From an uncultured Solirubrobacteraceae bacterium (GTDB taxonomy: Bacteria; Actinomycetota; Thermoleophilia; Solirubrobacterales; Solirubrobacteraceae): 64,000 bases of DNA. The notes below the pieces were generated by a model that made no database searches, was not told the origin of the DNA, and saw only the letters and a list, made by a program, of their open reading frames with translations. Within the stretch, counting starts at the first letter, position 1. Every line of letters starts with the position of its first letter. The stretch lies in assembly GCA_964588985.1 (NCBI GenBank), contig CAZPQW010000013.1:1-64000 (forward strand), written 5' to 3'. Below, piece by piece: positions 38,547-48,829 of the stretch. Made by a program: the position numbers and the translations under genes.

Positions 38547-39281
38547 CTACTTGAGCTGGGAGAGGAAGTTGACGATCGCCGTGAACTTCTGCGGAGGCAG
38601 GTTCTTGAACGACGGCATCGGCGCCGTCGGGTTCACAAGCGTTCGCGCGATCCCCTGACGCGGCAGGCGCGAGCCGATGTTTGAGAGGTTCGGGCCGGGC
38701 CCCGCGTTGCCGTTCTCGCCGATCTTGTGGCACGCCAGACAGCCCGATTGGGCGACCACCTTCGCGCCCGCTTCGTATTCCGCCAGGCGCTTGCCGCCCG
38801 CGTGGACCACCGCCGCCGGCGTCGTCATTTCGATCGCCGTCGGGGAGCCGGCATTCGCTCCCTGGTAGGTGAGGAACGCCATCGCGGCGATCACGAAGAT
38901 CCCCGTCGTCGTCGCGATCGGCCGACGCTCGGGGCGACGCTCCGGGCCGCGGTCGTAGAACGGCAGCAGGAACAGCAGAATCATGCACAGAGTCGGCACG
39001 CCGATCGTCGCGAGGTCCACGAGGCTCGGCGGCTTGATCACGCGCAGGAGCTCGAACAGGAAGAAGAAGTACCACTCCGGACGCGGCACGTATGTGGTCG
39101 TCGTCGGGTTGGCCTTCGAGCCGAGCTCCGCGCCGAGCACCAGCGACATCGTGATGATCACGGCCATCACCACGACCGCCATCGCGCCGTCCTTCGCCAC
39201 CGCGTAGGGGAAGAACGGCTTGCCTTTCGCCTTCAGGCTCGCGTACTCGCGGAGGTACTCCTCCTTCTCACGCTGGTTCAT
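38547..39281 (-). CDS. qcrC: Menaquinol:cytochrome c reductase subunit IV fused to cytochrome c
   Basis: PFFPY, RPEWYF, and one CLACH heme motif. Confidence 0.92.
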   Translation of the reverse strand: MNQREKEEYLREYASLKAKGKPFFPYAVAKDGAMAVVVMAVIITMSLVLGAELGSKANPTTTTYVPRPEWYFFFLFELLRVIKPPSLVDLATIGVPTLCMILLFLLPFYDRGPERRPERRPIATTTGIFVIAAMAFLTYQGANAGSPTAIEMTTPAAVVHAGGKRLAEYEAGAKVVAQSGCLACHKIGENGNAGPGPNLSNIGSRLPRQGIARTLVNPTAPMPSFKNLPPQKFTAIVNFLSQLK

Positions 39282-40091
39282 CTACAGCTCCGTCTCGCGC
39301 AGCTCGGGGCGTTTCTCGGCTTTTTGCCACGGCGGCGCGGTCGTGCCGAGCTTCGCCACCAGGTACAGGTGCGCACCAATCAGCGCGGCGAGCAGCCCCG
39401 GCACGAGCAGCATGTGGATCGCATAGAACCGCGAGAGCGTCGTAGCGCCGAATTCCGAGCCGCCGCGCAGGAAGTCGCTCAGGTAGGGCCCCAGCAGCGG
39501 GCCGGTTCCATTGATGTTCACGCCCACAATCGTCGCCCAGTACGCGCGCTGGTCGAACGGCAGCAGGTAGCCGGTGAACGACATCGTCATCGTCAGGATC
39601 AGCAGCACCACGCCGATCACCCAGTTGAGCTCGCGAGGGTACTTGTACGCGCCGAAGAAGAACGTGCGGCCCATGTGCAGGAACACCAGGATCACCATCA
39701 CGCTCGAGCCCCACTTGTGCATGCCGCGCACGAACTGGCCGAGGAACACGTCGTTGGTCACGTAGCGGATCGATTCGTACGCGCCGCCCGATGGGTCGGG
39801 GCGGTAGTACATCGCGAGGAACACGCCTGTCATCGCCTGCGAGAGGAACGCGAACATCGTCGCCGAGCCGAGCGTGTAGAACCAGTTGGTGCCCTTGGGC
39901 ACCTTGCGGAACATCATCCAGCGCGCCGCGCCGCTCAGCGAGGTGCGCTCGTCGACCCAGTCGACGACCGTGATTCCGGCCTGCTGGGCGGACTCGACCG
40001 GCGTCGGCTTCCCGGCCTCGCCCGGGCGCGGAGGCGCCTCCTGCAGGGCGGCGGGCATTGGTGGAGCTGGGAGCTTGGGGAGCTTTGGCAT
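39282..40091 (-). CDS. qcrB: Cytochrome b6-type (short) cytochrome b
   Basis: RGMHKWG...LHMGR, YKYPRELNW, FTGYLLP, TLSRFYAIH. Confidence 0.95.
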   Translation of the reverse strand: MPKLPKLPAPPMPAALQEAPPRPGEAGKPTPVESAQQAGITVVDWVDERTSLSGAARWMMFRKVPKGTNWFYTLGSATMFAFLSQAMTGVFLAMYYRPDPSGGAYESIRYVTNDVFLGQFVRGMHKWGSSVMVILVFLHMGRTFFFGAYKYPRELNWVIGVVLLILTMTMSFTGYLLPFDQRAYWATIVGVNINGTGPLLGPYLSDFLRGGSEFGATTLSRFYAIHMLLVPGLLAALIGAHLYLVAKLGTTAPPWQKAEKRPELRETEL

Positions 40092-40112
40092 CTGCGTTGG
40101 GTCGGCGGCGGC

Positions 40113-40778
40113 TTAGAGTTTCTGCGCGCCGGGTCGCGACGGATACATGTACTGGCCGAGCCCGTCGAGTGGCTCGCCGGGGTCGCGCGGGGAGAAGCGT
40201 CGCAGCTCGCTGTTGACGCTGAAGCGCGGGCCGACTTCGACGTTTTCGCCCGACACGCGCGTGTAGAAGCGGTCGAGCGGCCTGACTGGAGGCCCGCCCA
40301 CCCTACGGCCCAGCAGGTCGTACACGCCGCCGTGGCAGGGGCAGATGAAGCGCTCGGCCGCGTCGACCCAGCGCACGGGGCAGCCGAGGTGCGCGCAGCG
40401 GCTGGAGATCGCGATGTACGGCGTGTCCTTGTCGTATGGGTCGGTGTCGATTTCCGGGTTGAACTTGCGCACGTACACCGTCGTCTTGCCGGCCTCGCCG
40501 ATGTTCGGGGCGACGGTGAGGATCACCGGCACGTAGTTGTTGTCCGCGAACTGTTCGACGTTGCCGACGACTTCCCAGTGGTGCGGCGTGCTTTTGAAGA
40601 TCGGTCCGAGCGCGAAGCCGAGCGCGGGCAGCGCGAACGAGCTGGCCGCGATCGCGCCCGCCGTGTGGGCGGTCCCGGTCATGAACCGTCGCCGCGTCAC
40701 CGTCTCGCCCTCGAAGGCGCCCGGGATGCCCCGATCGAGCGTGTACTTGGACTTGTGCTTTGCGCGCTTATCTGACAC
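40113..40778 (-). CDS. qcrA: Rieske iron-sulfur subunit
   Basis: Tat motif TRRRFM; CAHLGC and CPCHGG. Confidence 0.95.
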   Translation of the reverse strand: MSDKRAKHKSKYTLDRGIPGAFEGETVTRRRFMTGTAHTAGAIAASSFALPALGFALGPIFKSTPHHWEVVGNVEQFADNNYVPVILTVAPNIGEAGKTTVYVRKFNPEIDTDPYDKDTPYIAISSRCAHLGCPVRWVDAAERFICPCHGGVYDLLGRRVGGPPVRPLDRFYTRVSGENVEVGPRFSVNSELRRFSPRDPGEPLDGLGQYMYPSRPGAQKL

Positions 40779-40805
40779 CGAGCACAAACAATATCGAGGC
40801 GCGAT

Positions 40806-41339
40806 TCAGGGCGACGCTGGGACGGCCTCGGCGATTGTGCGCATAGCCTCGAACGCCTCCGGCGCGCCGGCGTTGACGAGTGCCTTGGCGCGTGCGTGCG
40901 ACTCGCTCGCGCCCCATCCGACGGCGTGCGCGCCCGCCGCCCACACCGCGTCCGCGAGCGCCTCGTTCTCGGCGCCCTGCGCGAGCGCACTGAGCGTGAT
41001 CGTGTCGGCGAGCTCCGCCACGGCGGCCGTGTCCCCGAGCGCGACCAGGCGCGCGAGGCCGATCGCGTACAGCCGATCGCCCGCCAGCAGCCGCAGGTCC
41101 TCCTCGGGCACTCCCACCACGCGCGGCGTGCCGTAGTGGAGCAGATAGCCCTCGTAGATCGCCTCCACCAGCAGCTCGTACTCCTCGCGCCTGCCCTCCG
41201 CGCGCGGGCCCTCCGCGGCGAGCAACGCCGGGCTCGTCGGGTCCGTCAGCTGGGCGCCGTCGCCCTCAGGCACGACCAGCGTCGCCATCAGCCCGCCCCC
41301 CTCGCTCAGCAGCGCCCGCAGGCGCTCCAGGCCGCTCAT
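40806..41339 (-). CDS. Hypothetical protein, possibly a prenyl-synthase small subunit (HepS-like)
   Basis: LLAGDRLYAIGLARL motif of the isoprenoid-synthase fold without DDxxD; ATGA overlap with hemL. Confidence 0.6.
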   Translation of the reverse strand: MSGLERLRALLSEGGGLMATLVVPEGDGAQLTDPTSPALLAAEGPRAEGRREEYELLVEAIYEGYLLHYGTPRVVGVPEEDLRLLAGDRLYAIGLARLVALGDTAAVAELADTITLSALAQGAENEALADAVWAAGAHAVGWGASESHARAKALVNAGAPEAFEAMRTIAEAVPASP

Positions 41340-42643
41340 GGCCGCGTCCCCGGCTCGGGCAGCGACGCGAACGCCGCCGCGGCCGCCGCGAGCGTGTGCT
41401 CGAGCTGCTCCTGCGTGTGGGCCAGCGAGGGAAACCACGCCTCAAACTGGGACGCGGGCGGATACACGCCCCGCGAGAGCAGTCCGCGACACCATGCGGC
41501 GTATGCGTCCAGGTCGCACCCACACGCGTCCTCGAACGAGGTCACCGGCCGCTCGCTGAAGAACACCGTCAGCAGGCCCGGCACGCTCGCGACCTGCACC
41601 GCGTGGCCGTGCTCGGCCGCCACGTCGCGCAGCCCCTCGGCGAGTCGCTCCGTGTAGGCGCCGAGCCGCAGGTACGCGGGTTCGTCGAGCAGCTCGAGCG
41701 TCGCGAGGCCCGCCGCAACCGCCAGCGGATTGCCCGACAGCGTCCCCGCCTGGTAGACGTGGCCCGCCGGGGCGAGCATCCGCATCAGCTCCGCGCGCCC
41801 GCCGAGCGCCGCCGCGGGCAGGCCGCCGCCGAGGATCTTGCCCATGATCGTGAGGTCCGCGCGCACGCCCATCAGCTCCTGCGCGCCGCCCGCGGCGACT
41901 CGAAAGCCGCTGATCACCTCGTCGAGGACGAGCAGCGCGCCGGTCGCGTCGGCGCGCTCGCGCAGCAGCTCGAGGAAGCCCGCGCTCGGCGAGACGAGGC
42001 CCATGTTCGCGGGCAGCGGCTCCGCGAGGATCGCCGCGAGCTGGTGGCTCTCGGTCGCCTGCGTCAGCGCATCGGGGTCGTTCCACGGCACCACGATCGT
42101 GGCCGCGGCCGCGCTCGCGGGGACGCCCGGGCTCGACGGCAGCGCCTGCGTGGCCAGGCCCGATCCGGCCTGCGCGAGCAGCCCGTCAACGTGGCCGTGG
42201 TAGGCGCCCGCGAACTTTAGGATCGGTTCGCGGCCGGTCGCCGCACGGGCGAGGCGGATCGCGGTCATCGACGCCTCGGTGCCCGACGAGGTCATGCGCA
42301 GCATCTCCACGCCGTCCATGCGCCGTGCGACCTCGCTCGCCAGCTCGAGCTCGCCCGCGGTCGGCGCGCCGAAGCTCGTGCCCTTCGCCGCCGCCCGTTC
42401 GATCGCCTCCAGCACGAGCGGGTGGGCGTGGCCGTGGATCAGCGGCCCCCACGAGCACACGTAGTCCACGAAGCGGTTGCCGTCCACGTCGAACAGCTCC
42501 GCGCCGGCGCCCCGGTCGATGAAGATCGGATCGCGCCCGATCGCGCGCATCGCGCGCACGGGCGAGTTGACCCCACCGGGAAGCCTCTCCAGGGAACGCC
42601 TATACAGCTCGGCCGAGCGTGTGTCGGTAAGCGACGCCGTCAC
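41336..42643 (-). CDS. hemL: Glutamate-1-semialdehyde 2,1-aminomutase
   Basis: PGGVNSPVRA, SWGPLIHGH, SGTEA, DEVISGFR, GKILGGG, YQAGTLSGNP. Confidence 0.97.
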   Translation of the reverse strand: MTASLTDTRSAELYRRSLERLPGGVNSPVRAMRAIGRDPIFIDRGAGAELFDVDGNRFVDYVCSWGPLIHGHAHPLVLEAIERAAAKGTSFGAPTAGELELASEVARRMDGVEMLRMTSSGTEASMTAIRLARAATGREPILKFAGAYHGHVDGLLAQAGSGLATQALPSSPGVPASAAAATIVVPWNDPDALTQATESHQLAAILAEPLPANMGLVSPSAGFLELLRERADATGALLVLDEVISGFRVAAGGAQELMGVRADLTIMGKILGGGLPAAALGGRAELMRMLAPAGHVYQAGTLSGNPLAVAAGLATLELLDEPAYLRLGAYTERLAEGLRDVAAEHGHAVQVASVPGLLTVFFSERPVTSFEDACGCDLDAYAAWCRGLLSRGVYPPASQFEAWFPSLAHTQEQLEHTLAAAAAAFASLPEPGTRP

Positions 42644-42652
42644 GAACCCACG

Positions 42653-43771
42653 CTACGCGTGCGCGTTCTCCCAGTTCTTGAAGTCCTCGGTGAAGTACAG
42701 CAGGCGGATCTTCTTGAACTCGGTCGAGGAGTACAGCGTCGCGCGCTCGTGTATCCCGGTCTGCTCGGCGATCGCGTCGAGCACCGCGTCGCACTCCTCC
42801 TTGGAGCGCCCGTGGGCCATCGTGAAGACCGAGTACGGCCAGTCCTCATACGTCGGGCGCTGGTAGCAGTGGGAGATGCCACGCACCGCCGCCATGCGGC
42901 AGCCGATGTCGAAGATCTGCTCGTCGGGCACCTTCCACACGCCCATCCCGTTCGCCGAGAAGCCCGCGCGGCGGTGGTAGAGGATCGCGGCTACGCGGCG
43001 CAGGAGACCGCGCTCCTGCATCCCGGCGAGGTGGTCGAGGAGGCGCTCCTGGGTCATCCCCAGCTCGGCCGCGGCCGGCGCGTAGGGTTCCTGCACGACC
43101 GGCATGTCGCCCTGCAGCGCGCGGATCACCGCGATGTCGAGCTCGTCGTAGGGCTGGGGGTCGAGCTCGATCGGCTCCTTCACCTCCGCCATGCTCGACA
43201 GCGCCTTCGTGTCGCCCTCCATCTCCAGGTCCATGCGGATCTTGAACAGCTTCAGCGTCGGCAGCTGGCGCACCGACTCCGCGCCCGCCTCGCGTGCGAG
43301 CACCTCCAGCGTGCCCTCCAGGCCGAGCTTCGAGTCGGGCTCGGTGGCGATCGTGAACCACAGGTTGAAGTCGTGGTTGCGCAGGTAGTTGTGCGAAACG
43401 CCCGGATGTTCGTTGATGACCTGCGCCGCGCGATGGGGGTGCTCGGGGTCGACCTTCGCCGCGACCAGCATCGAGGAATAGCCGAGCGCGCGAGTGTCGA
43501 AGATCGGCGTGACCTGGCGAATGATGCGCTGGTCGAGCAGGCGCTGCACGCGGCTCATCACGTCCTCTTCGGCGAGCCCGCCGAGCTCCGCCACGTGCCG
43601 GTAGGGCTGGGGCGCGATCGGGAACTTGCCCTGCATCAGGTTGAGGACCTGGCGGTCGACGTCGTCGAGCGGTACCGCCGCGCCGTCCTTGCGGCTGCGG
43701 AGCTTCGGCGTCGCCGCATTGGCGCGCTCGGTCTCGGGGCTGTTGCCGATCAGGTCTGGTGTGCTAGCCAT
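42653..43771 (-). CDS. ahbAB: Siroheme decarboxylase, fused AhbA/AhbB (NirDL/GH-like)
   Basis: Two Lrp/AsnC-like repeats with [18 protein letters not shown] and GISHCYQRP...[11 protein letters not shown]. Confidence 0.88.
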   Translation of the reverse strand: MASTPDLIGNSPETERANAATPKLRSRKDGAAVPLDDVDRQVLNLMQGKFPIAPQPYRHVAELGGLAEEDVMSRVQRLLDQRIIRQVTPIFDTRALGYSSMLVAAKVDPEHPHRAAQVINEHPGVSHNYLRNHDFNLWFTIATEPDSKLGLEGTLEVLAREAGAESVRQLPTLKLFKIRMDLEMEGDTKALSSMAEVKEPIELDPQPYDELDIAVIRALQGDMPVVQEPYAPAAAELGMTQERLLDHLAGMQERGLLRRVAAILYHRRAGFSANGMGVWKVPDEQIFDIGCRMAAVRGISHCYQRPTYEDWPYSVFTMAHGRSKEECDAVLDAIAEQTGIHERATLYSSTEFKKIRLLYFTEDFKNWENAHA

Positions 43772-44757
43772 TGGGCTGCGTCCTTTGCGTGGTAGGTCAC
43801 GATCGTGTCGGCGCCCGCGCGGCGCAGCGAGGTGAGGATCTCCAGCACCGCGGAGCGCTCGTCGATGTAGCCGGCCGCGGCGGCGGCCTTGACCATCGCA
43901 TACTCGCCGCTCACGTTGTACGCCGCCACCGGCAGGCCGGTGGCCTGCTTGACGGCGTGGATCAGGTCGCCGTAGGCGAGCGCGGGCTTGACCATCACCA
44001 TGTCGGCGCCCTCCTGCACGTCCAGAAGCGCCTCGCGCACGGCCTCTCTCCCGTTGGCCGGATCCATCTGGTAGCCGCGGCGATCGCCGAACGCGGGCGC
44101 CGAGCCGGCAGCCTCGCGGAAGGGTCCATAGAAAGCTGAAGAGAACTTGGCGGAGTAGGCGAGGATCGGGGTCTCGGAGAAGCCCTCGCCGTCGAGCTCC
44201 TCGCGGACCGCGCCCACGCGGCCGTCCATCATGTCCGAGGGCGCGACGATGTCGGCGCCGGCGCGCGCGAGGCTGACGGCGGTGCGCGCGAGCAGCTCGA
44301 GCGAGGCGTCGTTGTCGACCGTCGGAGCGCCCGCGCCGTCCGTGCGCAGCACGCCGCAGTGGCCGTGGTCTGTGTACTCACACAGACACACGTCCGTCAG
44401 CACCAGAAGATCGGGTACGGCCTGCTTGATCGCGCGCGTCGCCAGCTGCACGATCCCGTCCTCGTCCCACGCTCCGGACCCGCTCGCGTCCTTCTCCGCG
44501 GGCACGCCGAACAGCATCACTCCGGCCACTCCGAGCGCGGCCGCCTCCCGCGCCTCGGCCACAGCCGCCGCGAGCGACAGGCGGTCGATACCCGGCATCG
44601 TCGCGATCGGCTCGCGCTCCGCGCCGTGGATCGCCGCGGCCTCGCAGACGAACAGCGGCAGCACCAGCGCTCCCGCGCGCAGGTCCGTCTCGCGCACGAG
44701 TCCGCGCAGGGACGCACTCGCCCGCAGCCTGCGCATGCGCGTCTGTGGAAAGCCCAT
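43750..44757 (-). CDS. hemB: Porphobilinogen synthase (Zn-type)
   Basis: [43 protein letters not shown]. Confidence 0.98.
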   Translation of the reverse strand: MGFPQTRMRRLRASASLRGLVRETDLRAGALVLPLFVCEAAAIHGAEREPIATMPGIDRLSLAAAVAEAREAAALGVAGVMLFGVPAEKDASGSGAWDEDGIVQLATRAIKQAVPDLLVLTDVCLCEYTDHGHCGVLRTDGAGAPTVDNDASLELLARTAVSLARAGADIVAPSDMMDGRVGAVREELDGEGFSETPILAYSAKFSSAFYGPFREAAGSAPAFGDRRGYQMDPANGREAVREALLDVQEGADMVMVKPALAYGDLIHAVKQATGLPVAAYNVSGEYAMVKAAAAAGYIDERSAVLEILTSLRRAGADTIVTYHAKDAAQWLAHQT

Positions 44758-44797
44758 CTCCACTCAGGTTAGAGCGTTCGAGCCCGCGCGGCGGGGC

Positions 44798-46138
44798 TCA
44801 CTCGACGCGCCGCAGCCCCACCCTCGCGAGCGCCCCGAACACGATCGTCAGCGCGGCGAGGTGTGCCAGTGAGCCGCCGAGCGCCGGCGACGCGCCGTTG
44901 ACCGCCGCGTCGAGCGCCTGCAGCGACGCCTTGAACGGGAACGCGAAGGACACCGCCGCGATCGCGTCGTAGAAGCCGCCCGACACCGAGCCGGACGGCA
45001 CGAGCGCGAGGAACGCGAGCGGCAGCGACAGCAGGAACGCCAGCAGCGAGGAGGCGCGCACCTCGCGCGCGAGCGCGCCGATCGCCACGCCGAGCGCTCC
45101 GAACGCGACCGCGCCGAGCGCCAGGGCGAGCAGCCACAGCCCCACTCGCGACCAGTCGAGCGTCACGAACGCACCCACTCCGGCGAGCATCGCGAACGCC
45201 ACCACGAACGAGCAGCCCGCCGCGAGCAGCGTCTTCTCCACGAGCAGCAGCTCGCGCGAGACCAGCGCGGGCGAGCCGCGGATCAGGCGGCCGAGGGCGT
45301 GCTCTTCGCGCTCGAGCGCCATGCCGCCCGCGGCGAGCAGCACGCACACGAACATCAGCGACACGGCCACCGCCACGACGACGGCGAATGCGTTCAGCGG
45401 CGTGCGCCGTCCATGCAGCAGCACGGTCGTCACGCGGATCGGCTGGCCCACCGTGGAGAACACGTCCTTGCTGAGCGACAGGTTCTGCGCGGCGAAACCC
45501 GCGAACGCCTCGATCCGTTCCAGTTCGGTGCGGTCGTGCCCGCGCGGCTGGCGTCCGATGATCTCGTTCAGACGCGCCGGAATCTCTTCCAGCCCGATCA
45601 GGTTCTGCGGCGCGCCGAGAGCGCCGACGTCGCCGCCGCGCAGCAGCGTCCCGATCGCCTTCGCGGCCGCCTTCTGGATCTGTTCGGAGAACCCCAGGTT
45701 CGCGTGCGCGAGCGCGGAGTCGAGCGTCGAGCGCACGAGCGACTGCTCGAGCGCGTCGCCGTTGTAGAGGACTTCGAGCGTTCCCTGGCTGATCACGGAG
45801 TTGAGCCGCGCGGCGACGTTCGGCGGGATCACCACCGCCGCGAGCACGTCTCCCGATCTCACCCTCGCGATCGCCTGTGCGCGCGAGAACACCGGCACCG
45901 ACTGGACCTGGCTGAACAGCTGCTGGGCGTAGCGGGAGACCTCCACGCGTTCGCTTCCCACCTTGACCGTCTCCCCGGGCGGGGTCTGGTCGAAGATCGC
46001 CACACGCGGGCGTGCCGGGCTGCGCGAGATCGCGAAGCCGATCAGCAGCGCGATTGCCACCGGGTACACGATCAGCAGCGCGAGCAGCAGCCGCGAGCGG
46101 CCGAGGATCAGCAGGTCCTTGCGCAGCAGCCAGCGCAT
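44798..46138 (-). CDS. ABC-2 type exporter permease
   Basis: MRWLLRKD followed by a TM, a large external loop, and ALERE with C-terminal TMs. Confidence 0.88.
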   Translation of the reverse strand: MRWLLRKDLLILGRSRLLLALLIVYPVAIALLIGFAISRSPARPRVAIFDQTPPGETVKVGSERVEVSRYAQQLFSQVQSVPVFSRAQAIARVRSGDVLAAVVIPPNVAARLNSVISQGTLEVLYNGDALEQSLVRSTLDSALAHANLGFSEQIQKAAAKAIGTLLRGGDVGALGAPQNLIGLEEIPARLNEIIGRQPRGHDRTELERIEAFAGFAAQNLSLSKDVFSTVGQPIRVTTVLLHGRRTPLNAFAVVVAVAVSLMFVCVLLAAGGMALEREEHALGRLIRGSPALVSRELLLVEKTLLAAGCSFVVAFAMLAGVGAFVTLDWSRVGLWLLALALGAVAFGALGVAIGALAREVRASSLLAFLLSLPLAFLALVPSGSVSGGFYDAIAAVSFAFPFKASLQALDAAVNGASPALGGSLAHLAALTIVFGALARVGLRRVE

Positions 46139-46140
46139 GT

Positions 46141-46860
46141 TCAGGAGCTCTCCGCCCGCTCGCCGTGCTGCTCGAGGAAGGTCACCAGCGCGCGCTCGAG
46201 GTCGCCGCTGCCAGCCTCTCCCTGCGCCGCCAGCAGCTCGCGGGGAGCGCCGTCGAACAGCAGCCGCCCCTCGGCCAGCACGAGCACGCGGGTGGCGTGG
46301 CGCTGCGCCTCGCTGACGTTGTGGGTGGAGAACACCACCGCCGTTCCGCGCTCGGCGAGCCGCGTCACGAACTCCCACATCCGCTCGCGCTGCGCCGGGT
46401 CGAGCGACGCGGTCGGCTCGTCTAGCGCGAGCACGGGCGGATCGGCGATCAGGCCGACGGCCACGTTCACGCGCTGGCGATTGCCGCCGGAGAGGCGCCC
46501 CACGGGCTCATGCGAACGGGCGCGCAGCCCCGTGTGCTCGAGCATCCGCTCGACCGCCGCCCGCGGGTCCTTCACCTTCTCCAGGCGCGCGAACAGCTCG
46601 AGGTTCTCGACCACGGAGAGCTTCGAGTAGAGCGCCGGCTGCTGCGGCGCCCAGCCGACCTCGCGGGGCGGCCGGTTGACCGAGCCGCCGCTCGGCGGCT
46701 GGGTGCCCGCGACGATCGACAGCAGCGTGGTCTTGCCCGCGCCGTTGGGGCCCACCACCGCCACCAGCTCCCCGGCCTGCACCTGGAAGCTGACGTCTCG
46801 CAGCGCTTCGAGATCTCCGTAGCGCTTGGCGAGGGCTTTGACGTCGAGGACGGCGCTCAC
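46141..46860 (-). CDS. ABC transporter ATP-binding protein
   Basis: GPNGAGKT, LSGGNRQR, LDEPT, STH. Confidence 0.95.
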   Translation of the reverse strand: MSAVLDVKALAKRYGDLEALRDVSFQVQAGELVAVVGPNGAGKTTLLSIVAGTQPPSGGSVNRPPREVGWAPQQPALYSKLSVVENLELFARLEKVKDPRAAVERMLEHTGLRARSHEPVGRLSGGNRQRVNVAVGLIADPPVLALDEPTASLDPAQRERMWEFVTRLAERGTAVVFSTHNVSEAQRHATRVLVLAEGRLLFDGAPRELLAAQGEAGSGDLERALVTFLEQHGERAESS

Positions 46861-47981
46861 GGCAGACCGCGAGGCGCGCGGTCCCATGGCTCGAACGCGA
46901 TGTGGCGAGACAGGTAGACGGCGGTCTCACGCAGGATCGACAGGATCGGCAGCGCGATCAGCGCCCCCACGACGCCGTGAAGCTGCAGACCCAGCAGCAG
47001 CGCGAAGATCACGAGCAGCGGGTTGATGCGCAGCGTGTGGCCGAAGATCTGCGGCGCCACGATGTGGCCCTCAAGCTGCTGCAGCGCCACGAACATCAGC
47101 ATCACCCACAGCGCCGAGATTGGATCGGTGAACAGCGCGAGCAGGATCGCCGGGAGCGCACCGATGATCGGGCCGATGTAGGGGACGAGCTCCATCAGCG
47201 CATAGAACACCGCGAACACGACTGCGTATTTACGCCCGTCCGGGAACACGCCGACCACGCCCACCACGTACAGCGCGATGCCGGCGGTCGCGCCCATCAC
47301 AAGGCTGAACAGCAGCTGGCCGCCGACGTAGCGGGCGAGCGCGCTCTGGATCAGCGTCGGGTAGTCGTCGGCAGGGGTGCCGTCTCCGTCCGGCATGTAC
47401 CTGCGGATCAGCCTGCCGATCGTCTGCCCGTAGAGCAGCATGTACACCGACAGCACGAACACGAGCAGTACGTCAAAGCCGGCGCTCACGGCTTCTGTCA
47501 GCAGGCTGCCGCCGAACGACACGATCGAGCTGGAGCCCTTCACGAGCTTGTCGCCGAGCGTCTGGAAGGCGGTCTCGCCCTGCTTGATGAACTGGATGTG
47601 CAGGCCGCTGTTGTTGAGCGTGCGCTGGAAGTCCGCCAGGGTCTGGTTGGCCTGCTTGACGAGATGCGGCACGTTGTGGCTGAACGCGGCCACCTGGTTG
47701 GAGATAGGGTTGGCCAGCAGCACCCCGATTCCGCTCAGCATGAGGAAGAATGCGAGATACACGGTCAGCACCGCGAGCCCGCGTGGAAGCTTGCCGCGCT
47801 GGACAAAAGCGACCGCCGGATTCAGTATGAGCGCGATGACCGCCGCGACGATGAAGATCACGAGCACTTTCCCCGCGGCTTTCGCCAGCTCCCAGATCGC
47901 GAGCAGCGCCAGCGGCAACAGCACGAGCTGGACCCAGCGCGCGACGAGCACCCGCGGTGGCTGCTCGGAGACGCCTCTCAC
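46857..47981 (-). CDS. AI-2E family transporter
   Basis: IALILNPAV, ELVPYIGP, QQLEGHIVAP, INPLLVIFALL, GALIALP. Confidence 0.92.
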   Translation of the reverse strand: MRGVSEQPPRVLVARWVQLVLLPLALLAIWELAKAAGKVLVIFIVAAVIALILNPAVAFVQRGKLPRGLAVLTVYLAFFLMLSGIGVLLANPISNQVAAFSHNVPHLVKQANQTLADFQRTLNNSGLHIQFIKQGETAFQTLGDKLVKGSSSIVSFGGSLLTEAVSAGFDVLLVFVLSVYMLLYGQTIGRLIRRYMPDGDGTPADDYPTLIQSALARYVGGQLLFSLVMGATAGIALYVVGVVGVFPDGRKYAVVFAVFYALMELVPYIGPIIGALPAILLALFTDPISALWVMLMFVALQQLEGHIVAPQIFGHTLRINPLLVIFALLLGLQLHGVVGALIALPILSILRETAVYLSRHIAFEPWDRAPRGLP

Positions 47982-48004
47982 TTGCCTCCCGCCATCGCCA
48001 GAGT

Positions 48005-48829
48005 ATGGCTGAGTCAGAGGCGGTCGCCGGCGGAGCGAGCATCCTGTTCGTCGGCGACGTGGTGGGCGGGATCGGGCGCAACACGCTGCTCGACTGCCTG
48101 CCTGTCCTGCGCGAGCGCTACGCGCCCACGTTCGTGGTCGTCAACGGCGAGAACGCCGCCGGCGGCCTCGGCATCACGCCGAAGATCGCCAACCAGATGT
48201 TCGCCGCGGGCGTCGACGCGATCACGCTCGGCAACCACACCTACCACCGGCGCGAGATCTATCCGTACCTCGACAGCGAGAGCCGGATCCTGCGTCCGGC
48301 GAACTTCCTGCGCAGCCAGCCGGGCCACGGGGTGTGCGTGGTCGAGCGCGACGGCCTGCGCCTGGGCGTGGTCAACCTCAGCGGCAACCTGTACCTGCGC
48401 GCGGGCCGCTCGGCGTTCACGGAGATCGAGGTCGCACTGGGCGAGTTGAACGGCGTGGATCACATCCTCGTGGACATGCACGCGGAGGCGACGTCGGAGA
48501 AGGTCGCGCTGGGCTGGCATCTCGACGGGCGCGTGACGGCGGTCGTGGGCACCCACACGCACGTCCCCACCGCCGACGCGCGCGTGCTGCCCGGCGGCAC
48601 CGCCTACATCACCGACGTCGGCATGACCGGGCCGCGCGGTGGGGTGATCGGGGTCAAGCGCGAGCAGGCGATCGAGTCGCTGCTTACGCAGATGCCGACC
48701 CGCTTCGAGACTTCCGAGGAGGACCCGTGGTTGATGGGCGCGCTGATCAGCTGCTCGCGGCCACTGCGGGCAGACTCGATCGAGCAGGTGCTGATGCCGC
48801 GTCCGGCTCCTGCGCAGTCCCAGAGCTGA
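48005..48829 (+). CDS. ymdB: YmdB/TIGR00282 metallophosphoesterase
   Basis: FVGDVVG, NGEN, TLGNH, DMHAEATSEK, GTHTHV, TDVGMTGP. Confidence 0.95.
   Translation: MAESEAVAGGASILFVGDVVGGIGRNTLLDCLPVLRERYAPTFVVVNGENAAGGLGITPKIANQMFAAGVDAITLGNHTYHRREIYPYLDSESRILRPANFLRSQPGHGVCVVERDGLRLGVVNLSGNLYLRAGRSAFTEIEVALGELNGVDHILVDMHAEATSEKVALGWHLDGRVTAVVGTHTHVPTADARVLPGGTAYITDVGMTGPRGGVIGVKREQAIESLLTQMPTRFETSEEDPWLMGALISCSRPLRADSIEQVLMPRPAPAQSQS

Noticed and set aside
42653-43771. Lrp/AsnC transcription regulator annotation
   Set aside because: Duplicated SHxYxR motifs and heme-gene context fit siroheme decarboxylase better
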